From: an uncultured Spirochaetota bacterium
GTDB taxonomy: Bacteria > Spirochaetota > Spirochaetia > SZUA-6 > CAVTHK01
Assembly: GCA_963734495.1 (NCBI GenBank)
Contig: CAVTHK010000001.1
Location: forward strand, 224,001 to 288,000
Direction of reading: 5' to 3'
DNA length: 64,000 nucleotides
This document shows positions 41,880-52,086 of this stretch, one piece after another. The notes under the pieces were generated by a model. The model saw nothing but the letters and a program-made list of their open reading frames with translations. It was not told the DNA's origin and made no database searches. Each line of letters starts with the position of its first letter. Position 1 is the stretch's first letter. Made by a program: the position numbers and the translations under genes.

Positions 41880-42655
41880 CGCAGGTGCTTGACGCGCGGA
41901 TCGTACTTTTCGTGCCACCGGCGGTTCTTCGCGTCGCCCTCGGCCATGTTGCCGCTTACCCAGACCGGCGGCTCCACGCCCATCGCCACGAGCTTCTCCA
42001 CGCTCCGGATCACGATGAGGTGAAGGCAGAAGCAGTTCAGGAGGGTGGACGTCGGCGCCAGCGCCTGGTCGAAGCCGTCGACCCTGACGCAGGCGTCGCC
42101 GTAGGGCATGTAGTTGTTCACGAACACGTCAACAATTTCGTGCAGGTTGAGCCCGCTCGAATGGCGCGCCGGCACCCCCTTGGGCACTTTCTCGGCGAAC
42201 GAGGTCGAGGTGACACCGATCGTCCGCAGCCCTCGTTTACGGCATTCGAGCGCCGTGTCGATGGTCAGCGAGTTGATGCCGTAGGCGTTGACGATGATCA
42301 TGGTTTCGCCGGCCTTGACCTCGTACGCGCTCAGGACCGAGGGAGCGAAGCCTTCGGTGCGCTCGATCCAGTTCGAGTGCTTTGCGCCCCCGGACGGCAG
42401 GACTGCGGGCTCGAGAAGCGGACGGACCGCGGCAAGCGCTCCCGCGCGCCAGAACATCTCCATCGCGCCCATCGATGAGTGGCCTCCGGTGCCGAAGACG
42501 TTGACGAGCTCGTCGCGCTGGATGCTTCCGGCGACGAGATCCGCGGCCTTGTCGATCGAGCCTTCCTCGGTCTCGAGGATCTTGCGGTAGGCGCCGTCGA
42601 CGATATCGTGAAACTGCCGAAGCGACGAATTCACGTGCTTTCTCCTCTGGCTCAA
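41876..42655 (-). CDS. SIS-domain (sugar isomerase) protein
   Basis: FGTGGHS..EMFWRAGAL, NAYGIN, RHSSG, PYGDA, PPVWVSGN. Confidence 0.88.
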   Translation of the reverse strand: MSQRRKHVNSSLRQFHDIVDGAYRKILETEEGSIDKAADLVAGSIQRDELVNVFGTGGHSSMGAMEMFWRAGALAAVRPLLEPAVLPSGGAKHSNWIERTEGFAPSVLSAYEVKAGETMIIVNAYGINSLTIDTALECRKRGLRTIGVTSTSFAEKVPKGVPARHSSGLNLHEIVDVFVNNYMPYGDACVRVDGFDQALAPTSTLLNCFCLHLIVIRSVEKLVAMGVEPPVWVSGNMAEGDAKNRRWHEKYDPRVKHLR

Positions 42656-43590
42656 GGCGCGGGCATCTTGAGCAGCCTCAAGGCGTTTCCGCCCGTGATC
42701 TTTTCGAAGACCTCACCGCTGATCTCGCGGGCGGCGAGCAGCTCCCGGAGGTACCGGAGGTGAGGCATCCTGCCCTGGGCATCTCCAAAGCAGACGTCGG
42801 TGCCGTACAGGACACGGTCCTGAAACTCCGTAAGGAAGCGGATGCCGAACTCCCTGTCCCGGCTGATGGCGTTGAAGCCGCTCAACGCGGACAGGTCAGC
42901 GTAGAGGTTGGGATAGGAGCGCAGGAGCCGCACGACGCTGCCCTCGTTCCGGATGGGACCCGTCGGATAGACGAATCTGTTGGCCGGCGTGATGTCGCCG
43001 CTGATCTCGGCCCAGAAGCCGGGGGCATGGCCGATCAGGACGGTGCCGGGGACCTGCACCAGGAGACGCTCGAGCCGCGGCGAGCCGACCTCGTCGTACA
43101 GGCCGTACACGCCCGGGCCCGGTCCGGTCTCGTGAAAGAGGACGGGCAGGCCCTTGTCTCCGCACTGGCGAAAGAGGTTCACCACCCGGGGGTCGTCGAG
43201 GGCGATGTTCGCGGTCACCTCCCCGATTCCCGCGCAGCCGAGCTCGATGAGCCGGTCCAGGATCCACCCAAAGTCCGTTTCCGGCGGGTGGACGACCTCG
43301 TCGGCCTCCAGGTTCCCCTTGCAGCCCATGCGCGGGTCCAGGCTCCCGAAAAGGATCAGCCGGTCGCTGCGACGCGCGGCGACCTTGAGCTGGCTCAGGA
43401 GGTCGGGATGCTCCGCGAACCAGAAGGGCCCGCTGGTGCTTTCCGGGCTCACGCCGAGAGGCAGCACAACGGCCTTGTCGATGCCTTCGTCGTCGAGCCT
43501 CCGGATTAGCCCCTCGACCGTGACAGGCGCCCGGTCCATCTGCAGCGGCGTTCGAAGGTCCCCGATATGCGTGTGGAAGTCGATGATCAT
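42652..43590 (-). CDS. Amidohydrolase_2-family metallo-hydrolase
   Basis: IIDFHTH, GIGE, LPVLFH, IGH, LYADLS, LYGTD, GGNA. Confidence 0.88.
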   Translation of the reverse strand: MIIDFHTHIGDLRTPLQMDRAPVTVEGLIRRLDDEGIDKAVVLPLGVSPESTSGPFWFAEHPDLLSQLKVAARRSDRLILFGSLDPRMGCKGNLEADEVVHPPETDFGWILDRLIELGCAGIGEVTANIALDDPRVVNLFRQCGDKGLPVLFHETGPGPGVYGLYDEVGSPRLERLLVQVPGTVLIGHAPGFWAEISGDITPANRFVYPTGPIRNEGSVVRLLRSYPNLYADLSALSGFNAISRDREFGIRFLTEFQDRVLYGTDVCFGDAQGRMPHLRYLRELLAAREISGEVFEKITGGNALRLLKMPAP

Positions 43591-43597
43591 CCGCGAT

Positions 43598-44613
43598 CTA
43601 CCTTCGCGCCCACTCGAGGATCACCCCGAGAAGACCGGGGTCCCAGCCCATCAGCGCGCGATAGGCTTCCTCGACCCTGTCCCACGGGTACCGATGTGAA
43701 ATCAGCTCGCCCACCCGGATTCTCCCCCGCGCCGTCATCTGCAGCGCGAGTGTCACGTCGTCACGCGCAGTCCAGAAGTGCGGCGAAGAATCCTGCCCGG
43801 GCCTCACGAAGTTGTGCGCGCCGATCACGGTCAGGCCTTTCCAGTGCACGTCCGTGTAGAAGTTGACCTTCTCCGTCTCGCCCCGCGTGCTTGCCAGCAG
43901 CACCACGCGAGCCTGCGGCCGCCGCCAGCCTGAAAGCCTCGGTCACCGCATCCGGCTGACCCGAGGCCTCGATCACCACCGACGGTCCCCGATCGCCCAC
44001 CGCCTGGGCCAGCGCGGTCGCAAAGGCGGGTGAGTGAGGATCCAGCGCCGCGTCGGCGCCGCACGCGCAACGCGACCTGCCTGCGGGTCTCGACCGGATC
44101 GGACCCGACGACCGGAAAGGCGCCGCTCAGCCTCGCGACCTGCAGCGCCAGCAGCCCGATGACTCCGAGGCCCATGACAAGAGCGGGCTCGCCGATCTCC
44201 AGTCGCGACTTGCGCACCCCCTGCAGCGCGATCGCGCAGAGGTTGAAGAAAACCGCGTGTTCGGACGGCAGCGCGGGCTCCGGGATCTTGACCACCTTGG
44301 CCGCCGGGACGACGCAGTGGCTCGCGTGCGGGGCCTCCGATGCGACCCTGTCGCCCGCCTTGAACCCCGCCGCCAGTGCGCCCGCCTCGATGACTCTGCC
44401 GACGTTGCTGTAGCCCGGGTATGCGGGAAAAGGCTGCTCCGCGTTCGGAAGGCCGAGCAGATACGCGCGCTCCGTTCCGGGGCTGATCAGGGTGCATTCG
44501 CTCTCGACGAGGACCTCCCGATCGCCGGGCCTCGGGACCTCGAAGTCCTCGATCACCACGACGCGCGTCCGAGGCCAGACTATCCGATGTCCTCTCGACG
44601 CTGTGCCCGCCAC
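43598..44613 (-). CDS. MDR-family (zinc-binding-like) dehydrogenase; frameshifts ~44050 and ~43910
   Basis: ISPGTE, YPGYSNVG, GDRV, GLGVIG (Rossmann), VVIEASG, ELISHR. Confidence 0.85.
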
Positions 44614-44654
44614 AAGGCCTACCTCGAACGCGCTCCCCGGAGCGACGCGATTCC

Positions 44655-44724
44655 ACGATAGCGCCGGCCGGGACCGATTTCAAGCGATGCGTCAACTTGA
44701 CAAAGCATCGGGGTAGGCTATCCT
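44655..44724. promoter_or_regulatory. Divergent sigma70-like promoters with an overlapping imperfect palindrome
   Basis: Plus: TTGACA-N16-TATCCT (44697-44724). Minus: TTGAAA-N17-TATCGT. Palindrome CGATGC-GTCAA-C-TTGAC-aaa-GCATCG at 44685-44710. Confidence 0.55.
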
Positions 44725-44783
44725 TGAGGGAGCCTCGTGTTGTCGTCCTTCATTCGTTCGTCCCATACCCAAGGAGGAAAGCG

Positions 44784-46099
44784 ATGATCCAAAGGCAACT
44801 GTCGTTGTTGATCGCGTTGGCGGTCCTGGCGGTGCTGGCCGCGCCCGTCGTCGCGACGCCGCAGGCGGAAAAAGCTGCCGGGCCGACCACGATCACGCTG
44901 TGGACCGGCTACTCGGAGCGGCTGCCCGTCTACAAGGCGGCCGCCGCCGACTACTCGAAGGAACACCCCAACGTGACCATCGAGATCGCCAACTTCGACC
45001 TGCGGCAGTCCGAGCAGAAGCTGCAGATCGCGCTGTCGTCGGGAACGGCGCCGGACCTTTCCGGCCTGGGCTTCCAGCTGATGCAGCGGCTGTCCTCGCA
45101 GGACTACCTGGACACGCTGCCGAGCAAGCACGTGAGCTGGCTCAAGGACAGCTACGAGCAGGCCTACCTCGACGCCGTGACCCGCGACGGAAAGATCTAC
45201 GGGATCCCCGAGGTGCAGGGGTTCCAGCTGCTCTTCTACAACCTCGATGACTACGACGCGGCCGGGCTCACGAAGCCTGCCGGCACCCTGGACGAGCTCA
45301 TGGCGAACGCGCGGAAGCTCACCAAGTACGACGCCAACGGAAAGGTGACCCACTCCGGCATCAGCCTCCGGCTTTCCGGGAGGCGGCAGCGGCGTCGCGG
45401 AGAAGTGGGACATCTTCCTGTTCGGCTACGGCGCGCGGGCCATGCAGCCTACCGGGGCGCAACACGTGGAAGGCCGGCTACAACAACGACGCCGGGTACA
45501 ACGCGATCAACTTCTACCTCGACGCCCTGTACAAGTCCAAGGTCGACAGCATCGACGTCAAGCACGACGAAGAGGCGTTCGTCGGCGGCATCACCTCGCA
45601 GTTCAACCGCGAGACCTACATCATCGGCAGCATGAGCAAGCGGGCGCCCAAGACGCGCTACGGCATCACGCAGGTCGCGGCCGGCCCGGGCGGAAGGGCC
45701 ACGAACCTCAACGTGGACACGTGGGTCGTGCCGGCAGTCGGGAAGAACAAGGAGATCGCCTGGGACGTCGCGCGGTATTTCGAGCAGGACAAGTACTGCG
45801 TGCAGATGATGAAGGACGTCGGCTGGATCGTGAGCAAGAAGGGCGTCGACTACTCGCCGGTCTACGCGCAGGAGCCCCACTTCCAGCAGGCTCTGAACCG
45901 CCCGCAGGGATTCCAGCTGATGCTTTCCCCGGCGGCAGTCTCCTGGGCCGAGGTGTACACAACTCTCGCGAGCGGCCTCGTGACCGCGTACGCCGACCCC
46001 TCGATGCTGGACAACAAGGCCAAGATCATGGGCTTCCTCGCGGACCAGGCCCAGAAGTCGGACAAGATCCTGCAGACCAACAAGGAATACGCGCCCTGA
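44784..46099 (+). CDS. Carbohydrate ABC transporter substrate-binding protein (frameshifts ~45380, ~45460)
   Basis: AAGGAGG RBS; signal peptide; GTAPDL, GKIYGIP, LFYNLD; C-terminus in ORF 45632..46099. Confidence 0.85.
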
Positions 46100-46110
46100 G
46101 CAGGGCGGCG

Positions 46111-46138
46111 GGGGGAAGGGCCCGACGGCCCTTCCCCC
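46111..46138 (+). other. Stem-loop between SBP and permease
   Basis: GGGGGAAGGGCC-cgac-GGCCCTTCCCCC, perfect 12-bp stem. Confidence 0.6.
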
Positions 46139-46148
46139 GAGTGTACCT

Positions 46149-47051
46149 GTGAAAAGCTCCCTTCGCAGGCTGGACAGCAGGCAGACGCGCTTCGCCCTCT
46201 CCATGCTCCTTCCGATCTTCGCGCTCTACGTCGTTCTCCGCATCTACCCGATTCTCCAGGCGTTCTACCTCAGCCTCACGGACTACAAGCTCGGCGTGAG
46301 AAAGCATGCGTTCGTCGGGCTGGCCAACTACGCGTCGCTCCTGCATGACCCCGATTTCCTGTTTTCCCTGTCGAACACGCTGCTCTTCGCGCTGCTGACG
46401 CTCGTGTTCACGCTGCTCATCTCCCTCGCAATCGCGTTGATCATGAGCCAGCGCCGGATCGCCGGCGTCGGGTTCCTCCAGACGCTGCTCTTCCTGCCCG
46501 TGGTCGTCTCCGTGGTGCCCAGCGCCATCATCTGGAAGTGGATCTACGAGCCGCAGTACGGGATCCTCAACTATGTGCTCTCCATCTTCGGCATCAGCCC
46601 GGTGGGCTGGCTGGTCAACCGGCACACCTCGCTCATTTCGGTCGTCATCTTCGTGGTCTGGAGATGGATCGGGTACTACATGATCATCTTCTGGGTCGGC
46701 CTGCGGGCGGTCCCCGACACCTACGTGGAAGCCGCCACGATCGACGGGGCGGGCACCTGGACCGTGATCCGGAGGATCCTCCTGCCTCTGCTGCAGCCGA
46801 TCGTGCTGCTCTCGACGGTGCTCGCCACGATCAACGGGTTCACGATCTTCTCCGAGGTCTACGTCATGACCACGGGGTCGCAGACCGCGCCGGGCAACGT
46901 CGTCTCCGTGCTCACGTACGACCTGTACCAGCGCGGCTTCTTCTTCTACAAGATCGGCGAAGCCAACGCGGAGGCCATCTACCTCTTCCTCATCCTCATC
47001 GGTTTCACCCTGGCCCAGTTCGCGATGAACCGGAAAAAAGAGCTCTATTGA
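46149..47051 (+). CDS. Carbohydrate ABC transporter permease (MalF-like)
   Basis: FVGLANY, YVEAATIDGA, six TMs. Confidence 0.92.
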   Translation: MKSSLRRLDSRQTRFALSMLLPIFALYVVLRIYPILQAFYLSLTDYKLGVRKHAFVGLANYASLLHDPDFLFSLSNTLLFALLTLVFTLLISLAIALIMSQRRIAGVGFLQTLLFLPVVVSVVPSAIIWKWIYEPQYGILNYVLSIFGISPVGWLVNRHTSLISVVIFVVWRWIGYYMIIFWVGLRAVPDTYVEAATIDGAGTWTVIRRILLPLLQPIVLLSTVLATINGFTIFSEVYVMTTGSQTAPGNVVSVLTYDLYQRGFFFYKIGEANAEAIYLFLILIGFTLAQFAMNRKKELY

Positions 47052-47071
47052 CGAGGGGACCGCTGACTGCC

Positions 47072-47891
47072 GTGAAACGAGCGCTGGCCGGACGTCGTCT
47101 TCAACATTCTCCTCTACGCCCTGGCTCTGGTCATGGTCTTCCCGTTCTTCTGGCTGCTCACGACCTCGCTCAAGCTTCCCGAGCACATCCTCGTCGTGCC
47201 CCCGCAGATCATTCCCAGGGTCGTGACGGGAACCAACTACGAAGGGGTGTTCAAGACGGTCGACGTGCTCCTCCTCTATTTCAACACGCTCCGCTTCGCC
47301 CTGGTCTCCACGTTCTTCATCGTCGCGACCTCGACTGTCGCGGGGTACGTCTTTGCCAAGTACCGGTTCCCTTTCAAGAACGTCCTCTTCGTCATCATGA
47401 TCTCCACGATGATGGTGCCCTTCCAGTCGTACATGATCCCGCTCTTCCTCCTGATGGTGCGGATCCACGCGGTCGACACCTACCTCGGGCTCCAGCTGCC
47501 CTACATCGTCCAGGCCCTGGGCACGTTCTTCATGCGGCAGAACTGCGAATCCTTTCCCGACGTCTACCTCGAGGCCGGGCGGATCGAGGGCGACTCCGAG
47601 CTCGGCCTCTTTCTCCGCGTGGCTCTTCCGAACTTCCAGTCCGCGATGGGGGGGCTCGCGATCTTCGTGTTCGCCAGCATCTGGGACAACCTCATCTGGC
47701 CCCTGATCATCACCTCTTCGACAAAGAACTTCGTCTGGCAGCTGGGACTGGCGAACTTCCAGCAGCGGTTCACGGTGGAGTACGGCCAGTTCACCGCCGC
47801 CGCGATGGTCGTCGTGGCGCCGGTCATCGTCTTCTTCGTCATCTTCAGGCGCAGGATCATGGCCGGCATCACCCTCACGGGAATCAAGTGA
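47072..47891 (+). CDS. Carbohydrate ABC transporter permease (MalG-like); frameshift ~47090
   Basis: YLEAGRIEG, WDNLIWPLI, MAGITLTGIK; the first TM extends upstream of ORF 47133 across an indel. Confidence 0.88.
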
Positions 47892-47905
47892 AGAAAGGCT
47901 CACGC

Positions 47906-48648
47906 ATGGACAAGGTGCGGGAATACATGGAGCGCGCCGTTGCGCTGCTTCAGAGAATCGTCGATGAGCAGCAGGGCAACCTGGACCGCGCGGCCGACGA
48001 GATCGTCAAGCGGCTCCAGAAGGGAAGGCTCGTCTACGTCATGGGCACCGGCGGGCATTCCAAGATGCTCGCGCTCGAGCTGTTTCACCGGGCCGGCGGG
48101 CTCGCCCAGATCTGTCCCATGTTCCCGCCGGGAGTGGGAGCGCCGGACAGCCACCCCAGCACGGAGAACGTCCCCGGTCTTTCCGCAAAGCTCTTCGACT
48201 ACTACCGGATCTCGGCCGGAGACGTGCTCATCATCGCGAATGCCTACGGGTTCAACGCGCTCACCATCGACTCCGCGGTCGAGTGCCGCAAGCGGGGGAT
48301 CCTGTGCATCGGCATCACGTCGGCCGAGCTGGCCCACGGCACCGAGGCCGGGATCCCGGCCAGGCACCCGAGCAGCCAGAACCTCTGCGACCTCGCGGAC
48401 ATCGTCATCGACTCGTACGTCCCGGCGGGAGACGCGATCGTCAGCCTCGACGGGCTCGAGCCGCCCGTCGCCGCGGTGTCGACGATCCCGATGACGTTCA
48501 TCGTGAATGCGCTCGTGATCAGGGTGGCGGAGAAGCAGCTCGAGGCCGGCATGCGCCCGAAGTCTGGTGGAGCGGCAACATGAAGGGCGGCGCGGAGAGG
48601 AACAAGCCGCTGGAAAACAAGTACTTCCCGCTGGTCAAGCACCTGTAG
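47906..48648 (+). CDS. SIS-domain (sugar isomerase) protein, paralogue of 41876..42655; frameshift ~48560
   Basis: MGTGGHS..ELFHRAGGL, NAYGFN, RHPSS, PAGDA, PEVWWSGN..VKHL. Confidence 0.88.
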
Positions 48649-48660
48649 GGTGAGGCTGCC

Positions 48661-49293
48661 CTAGAACAGCGGCTTCTGCGCGCCGCGCAGGCGCTCTTCC
48701 ACCTGCGATACGATGGCTTCAAAGGCCTGCGGGTCGGCGACCACGTCGGCGTGGTCGGCGTCCACCACCATCACGGGAGCGAGGTCGAAGCCCCGCACCC
48801 ACTCTTCGTAGAGCACGTTCAGCTGCTCGAGGTACTCCGCCGGGATCCCCGATTCGAAGCCCCGGCCGCGCCGGGCGATCCTCGCCATCAGCACCGGGAC
48901 CGAAGCCCGCAGGTACACCACGAGGTCCGGCGGCGGGAGCAGCGTGATGACCGTCCTGTACAGCTCGTTGTACGTGGCCCAGTCCCGTTCGCTCATGCTG
49001 CCGCGCAGGTAGAGATTGCGGGCGAACACCTCGGCGTCCTCGTAAAGCGAGCGGTCCTGCACCACGGGCCACGGATCGTCCATCAGCAGCCGGTGGGAGC
49101 GCACGCGGTGGGTCAGGAAGAAGACCTGCGAATGGAACGCCCAGCCCGCCATGTCCCTGTAGAAGTCCGCGAGGTACGGGTTCTCCACGACCGGCTCGAA
49201 ATAGGGCCTCCACCCCAGCCGGTCGCACACCATGCGCACGAGCGTCGTCTTGCCCGCCCCGATGTTGCCCGCAAGAACGACGTAGCTCTTCAA
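48661..49293 (-). CDS. Deoxynucleoside kinase
   Basis: AGNIGAGKTT, EPV..NPYL.DFY, QDRSLYED, PDLVVYL, RIARRGR.FE. Confidence 0.92.
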   Translation of the reverse strand: MKSYVVLAGNIGAGKTTLVRMVCDRLGWRPYFEPVVENPYLADFYRDMAGWAFHSQVFFLTHRVRSHRLLMDDPWPVVQDRSLYEDAEVFARNLYLRGSMSERDWATYNELYRTVITLLPPPDLVVYLRASVPVLMARIARRGRGFESGIPAEYLEQLNVLYEEWVRGFDLAPVMVVDADHADVVADPQAFEAIVSQVEERLRGAQKPLF

Positions 49294-49383
49294 GACCCAA
49301 TGCCTCGCGCGTGCGAGGATAGCACACCGCGGCGCCTTGCGCGCGGCGGGCCCGGCGGCTACGCTGCGCGGCGGAGGCACCCC

Positions 49384-51275
49384 ATGGCCGTGCACCCGCG
49401 ACAGCTTTCGTTTCTGCCCCTGGGGGCGATCAGGCCCGAAGGCTGGCTCCGCCGCCAGCTCCAGATCCAGCGCGACGGGCTCTCGGGGCATCTCGACGAG
49501 TTCTGGCCCGACGTGGCGCGCTCGGGCTGGATCGGCGGCGACTCCGAAGGCTGGGAGCGCGGCCCCTACTGGCTCGACGGCGCCCTTCCCCTCGCGTACC
49601 TCCTCGACGACGCGGCGCTGAAAACCCGCGTGCGCCGCTGGGTTGGCGAGATCCTCGCGCGCCAGGCCGCCGACGGCTGGCTCGGACCGGAGCTCGACGC
49701 GAAGTACGGGTACAGGTACGACCCCTGGCCGGTATTCGTGACGCTCAAGGCCCTCACCCAGTACTACGAAATTGAAGGCGACCGCCGCGCGATCGACGCC
49801 ATCGGCCGCTTCTTCAGCCGCCTCGATGCCCTGCTCGACGCGGAGCCGCTGCGGAAGTGGGCGCAGTACCGGTGGGGCGAGTGCCTTCTCACCGTGCTCT
49901 GGCTGCACGAGAGGACCGGCGAGCCCCGGCTGCTCTCGCTCGCGCGCAAGCTCCACGACCAGGGCTACGACTGGCCGGCTCTCTTCGCCGACTACCCTTA
50001 CCTCACGAAGCGGGCGCGCGAGGAGTGCGTGCTCGCTTCGCACGTCGTGAACAACGCGATGGCGGTCAAGTACCCGGCCCTCTGGGCGCTGGTCAGCGGC
50101 GACGAGGCGGACAGGCGCACGTCCGCCCGCATGATCGACACTCTCGACCGGTGGCACGGGCAGGCGAGCGGGCTCTTTACCGGCGACGAGCACGTGGCCG
50201 GCCGCATGCCGAGCCAGGGCACGGAGCTCTGCGCCGTCGTCGAGTACATGTACTCGCTCGAGCACCTGGCTTCCATCACGGGCGACGTCGCGTACGCCGA
50301 CCGGCTGGAGCGGATCGCGTTCAACGCGCTGCCCGCCGCCTTCAAGCCCGACATGTGGGCCCACCAGTACGACCAGCAGGCCAACCAGGCGGTCTGCGCC
50401 GTGACGGAGGATCGCGTCTACACGAACAACAACGCCGACTCCAACATCTTCGGCCTGCAGCCCAACTTCGGCTGCTGCACCGCCAACATGCACCAGGGGT
50501 GGCCCAAGCTCGCATCCAGCCTCTGGATGCGTTCCCGCGACGGTCTGGCGGCGGTCGGCTACGCCCCGTGCGTCGTGCGCGCGGACGCACGCGGCGTGCC
50601 CGTGACGGTACGCGTCGACACGGCCTACCCGTTCGAGGAGACGGTGCGCATCTCGGTCGAGGCCGAGCGTCCGGCAGAGCTTCGCGCTCTCATTCCGCAT
50701 CCCGGGCTGGTGCGATCGCCCGCGCATCGCCGTGGGCGGCGCGGCGCAGCCGCCGCCCGCTCCCGGCTCGTTCGCGACCGTGCGCCGCCGCTGGCAGGGC
50801 CGGACCGAGGTCGACGCTGGAGCTCGGCAGCGACCCGGTGCTCGAGAGGCGCTTCCGCGACAGCGTGACCCTCGCGCGCGGCCCCCTGGTCTACAGCCTG
50901 CGCGTGAGCGAGCGATGGGAGCGCATCAACGCCGATGTCGCCGGCCGCGAGCTGCCGCACGGCGACTGGGAAGTGCGGCCGGACGGCGACTGGAGCTACG
51001 CGCTCGCCCTGCCGGCGGGTCGCCCGCTCGCAGGCATCCGCTTCGAGAGCCGCGGGATCGGCGAGCAGCCGTTCTCGCCCCAAGGCGCGCCCGTGGTCGC
51101 CCGCGCGGCCGGCCGCCGCGTCGCCGGCTGGAGGCTCGAGCACGGGGCGGCCGCGCCTCCGCCCTCGAGCCCGGTGCCGCCGGAGACCCTGGAGGGTGAG
51201 GAGACGGAGCTCGAGCTCATCCCATACGGGTGCACCAACCTTCGCATGACCGAGCTCCCGTGGTACTGGAAGTAG
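49384..51275 (+). CDS. Beta-L-arabinofuranosidase family (GH127/DUF1680); frameshifts ~50685, ~50815
   Basis: GAIRPEGWL, WERGPYWLDG, HVVN, GDE, TELCAVVE, FGCCTAN, LIPYGCT.LR; upstream promoter TTGCGC-N17-TACGCT at 49337-49365. Confidence 0.85.
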
Positions 51276-51302
51276 CAGCGGCCGCGCAGCGTCAGCGCGT
51301 AC

Positions 51303-51338
51303 TTGACGAGGGCCGGCTCCTGTGTCACATTGTGCACA
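51303..51338 (+). promoter_or_regulatory. TA promoter with palindromic operator, probably leaderless
   Basis: TTGACG-N17-CACATT; TGTGtCACA and TGTGCACA palindromes; ATG 7 nt after the -10; no SD. Confidence 0.55.
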
Positions 51339-51580
51339 TGAAGCGCGTCAGCATCCGCGAGCTCCATCTACGCACGGGAGAGCTGGTGCGTCTGGTGGCC
51401 TCCGAGGGTCGCGTCGTCATCACCGACCGCGGACGCCCCGTGGCATCTCTGGTGCCCCACGATGACGGCGACGGCGGGACCCCATTCAGCGCCCGACGCC
51501 TTCTGCCGGAGTTCGCCGCCCTCCCGCCCGTGCGCGGCGACAGCTCTCGAGCGGTATCCAGGGACCGCGATCGGACGTGA
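51338..51580 (+). CDS. vapB: Phd/YefM-family antitoxin
   Basis: MKRVSIRELH..VVITDRGRPVASLVP; the stop overlaps the toxin start (GTGA). Confidence 0.88.
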   Translation: MKRVSIRELHLRTGELVRLVASEGRVVITDRGRPVASLVPHDDGDGGTPFSARRLLPEFAALPPVRGDSSRAVSRDRDRT

Positions 51581-52029
51581 CTTACTTCGATACCGGCTAT
51601 CTTGCCAAATGCTACCTGGACGAGCCCGCCTCGGCCGCGGTGAGGGACCTGTCCGCCGAGCGGGAGCGTATCGCGTGCTCGGTTTACGGCAGGATGGAGC
51701 TCCTCGCCGCGTTCCACCGCAAGCTCCGGGAGGAAAACCTGTCGAGGACGCAGCTCGAAATCGTGCTGCGTCAGCTCGACCTCGACGAGCAACAGGGCCT
51801 GTGGAGCTGGCTTCCGCTGACGGACGCGATCATGCAGGCAGTTGCATCGATCTTTCGAACGCTGCCGCCTTCGGTATTCCTGAGAACCGGAGATGCTATC
51901 CATCTCGCAACGGCACGGAGCCAGTCCCTGCCCGAGGTCTGGAGCGGTGATGCCCGGCTGATAGCGGCTGCGCCGCACTTCGGCCTGGTCGGCCGCAGCG
52001 TCAGCGCGCGCCAGCCGCGCGCCGGCTGA
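51577..52029 (+). CDS. vapC: VapC PIN-domain toxin
   Basis: YFDTGYLAKCY..E, LRTGDAIHLATA, SGDARL. Confidence 0.9.
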   Translation: MTYFDTGYLAKCYLDEPASAAVRDLSAERERIACSVYGRMELLAAFHRKLREENLSRTQLEIVLRQLDLDEQQGLWSWLPLTDAIMQAVASIFRTLPPSVFLRTGDAIHLATARSQSLPEVWSGDARLIAAAPHFGLVGRSVSARQPRAG

Positions 52030-52086
52030 ACCGCGCGCGGCCTTGCGCGCGTCGAGCCGCGCGCGGACCCGTGCCGGCGGACTCGC

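Noticed and set aside
46538..48583. 681-aa ORF joining permease region to SIS protein
   Set aside because: Only the part from ATG 47906 is SIS-like; the upstream portion is an off-frame reading of the permeases.
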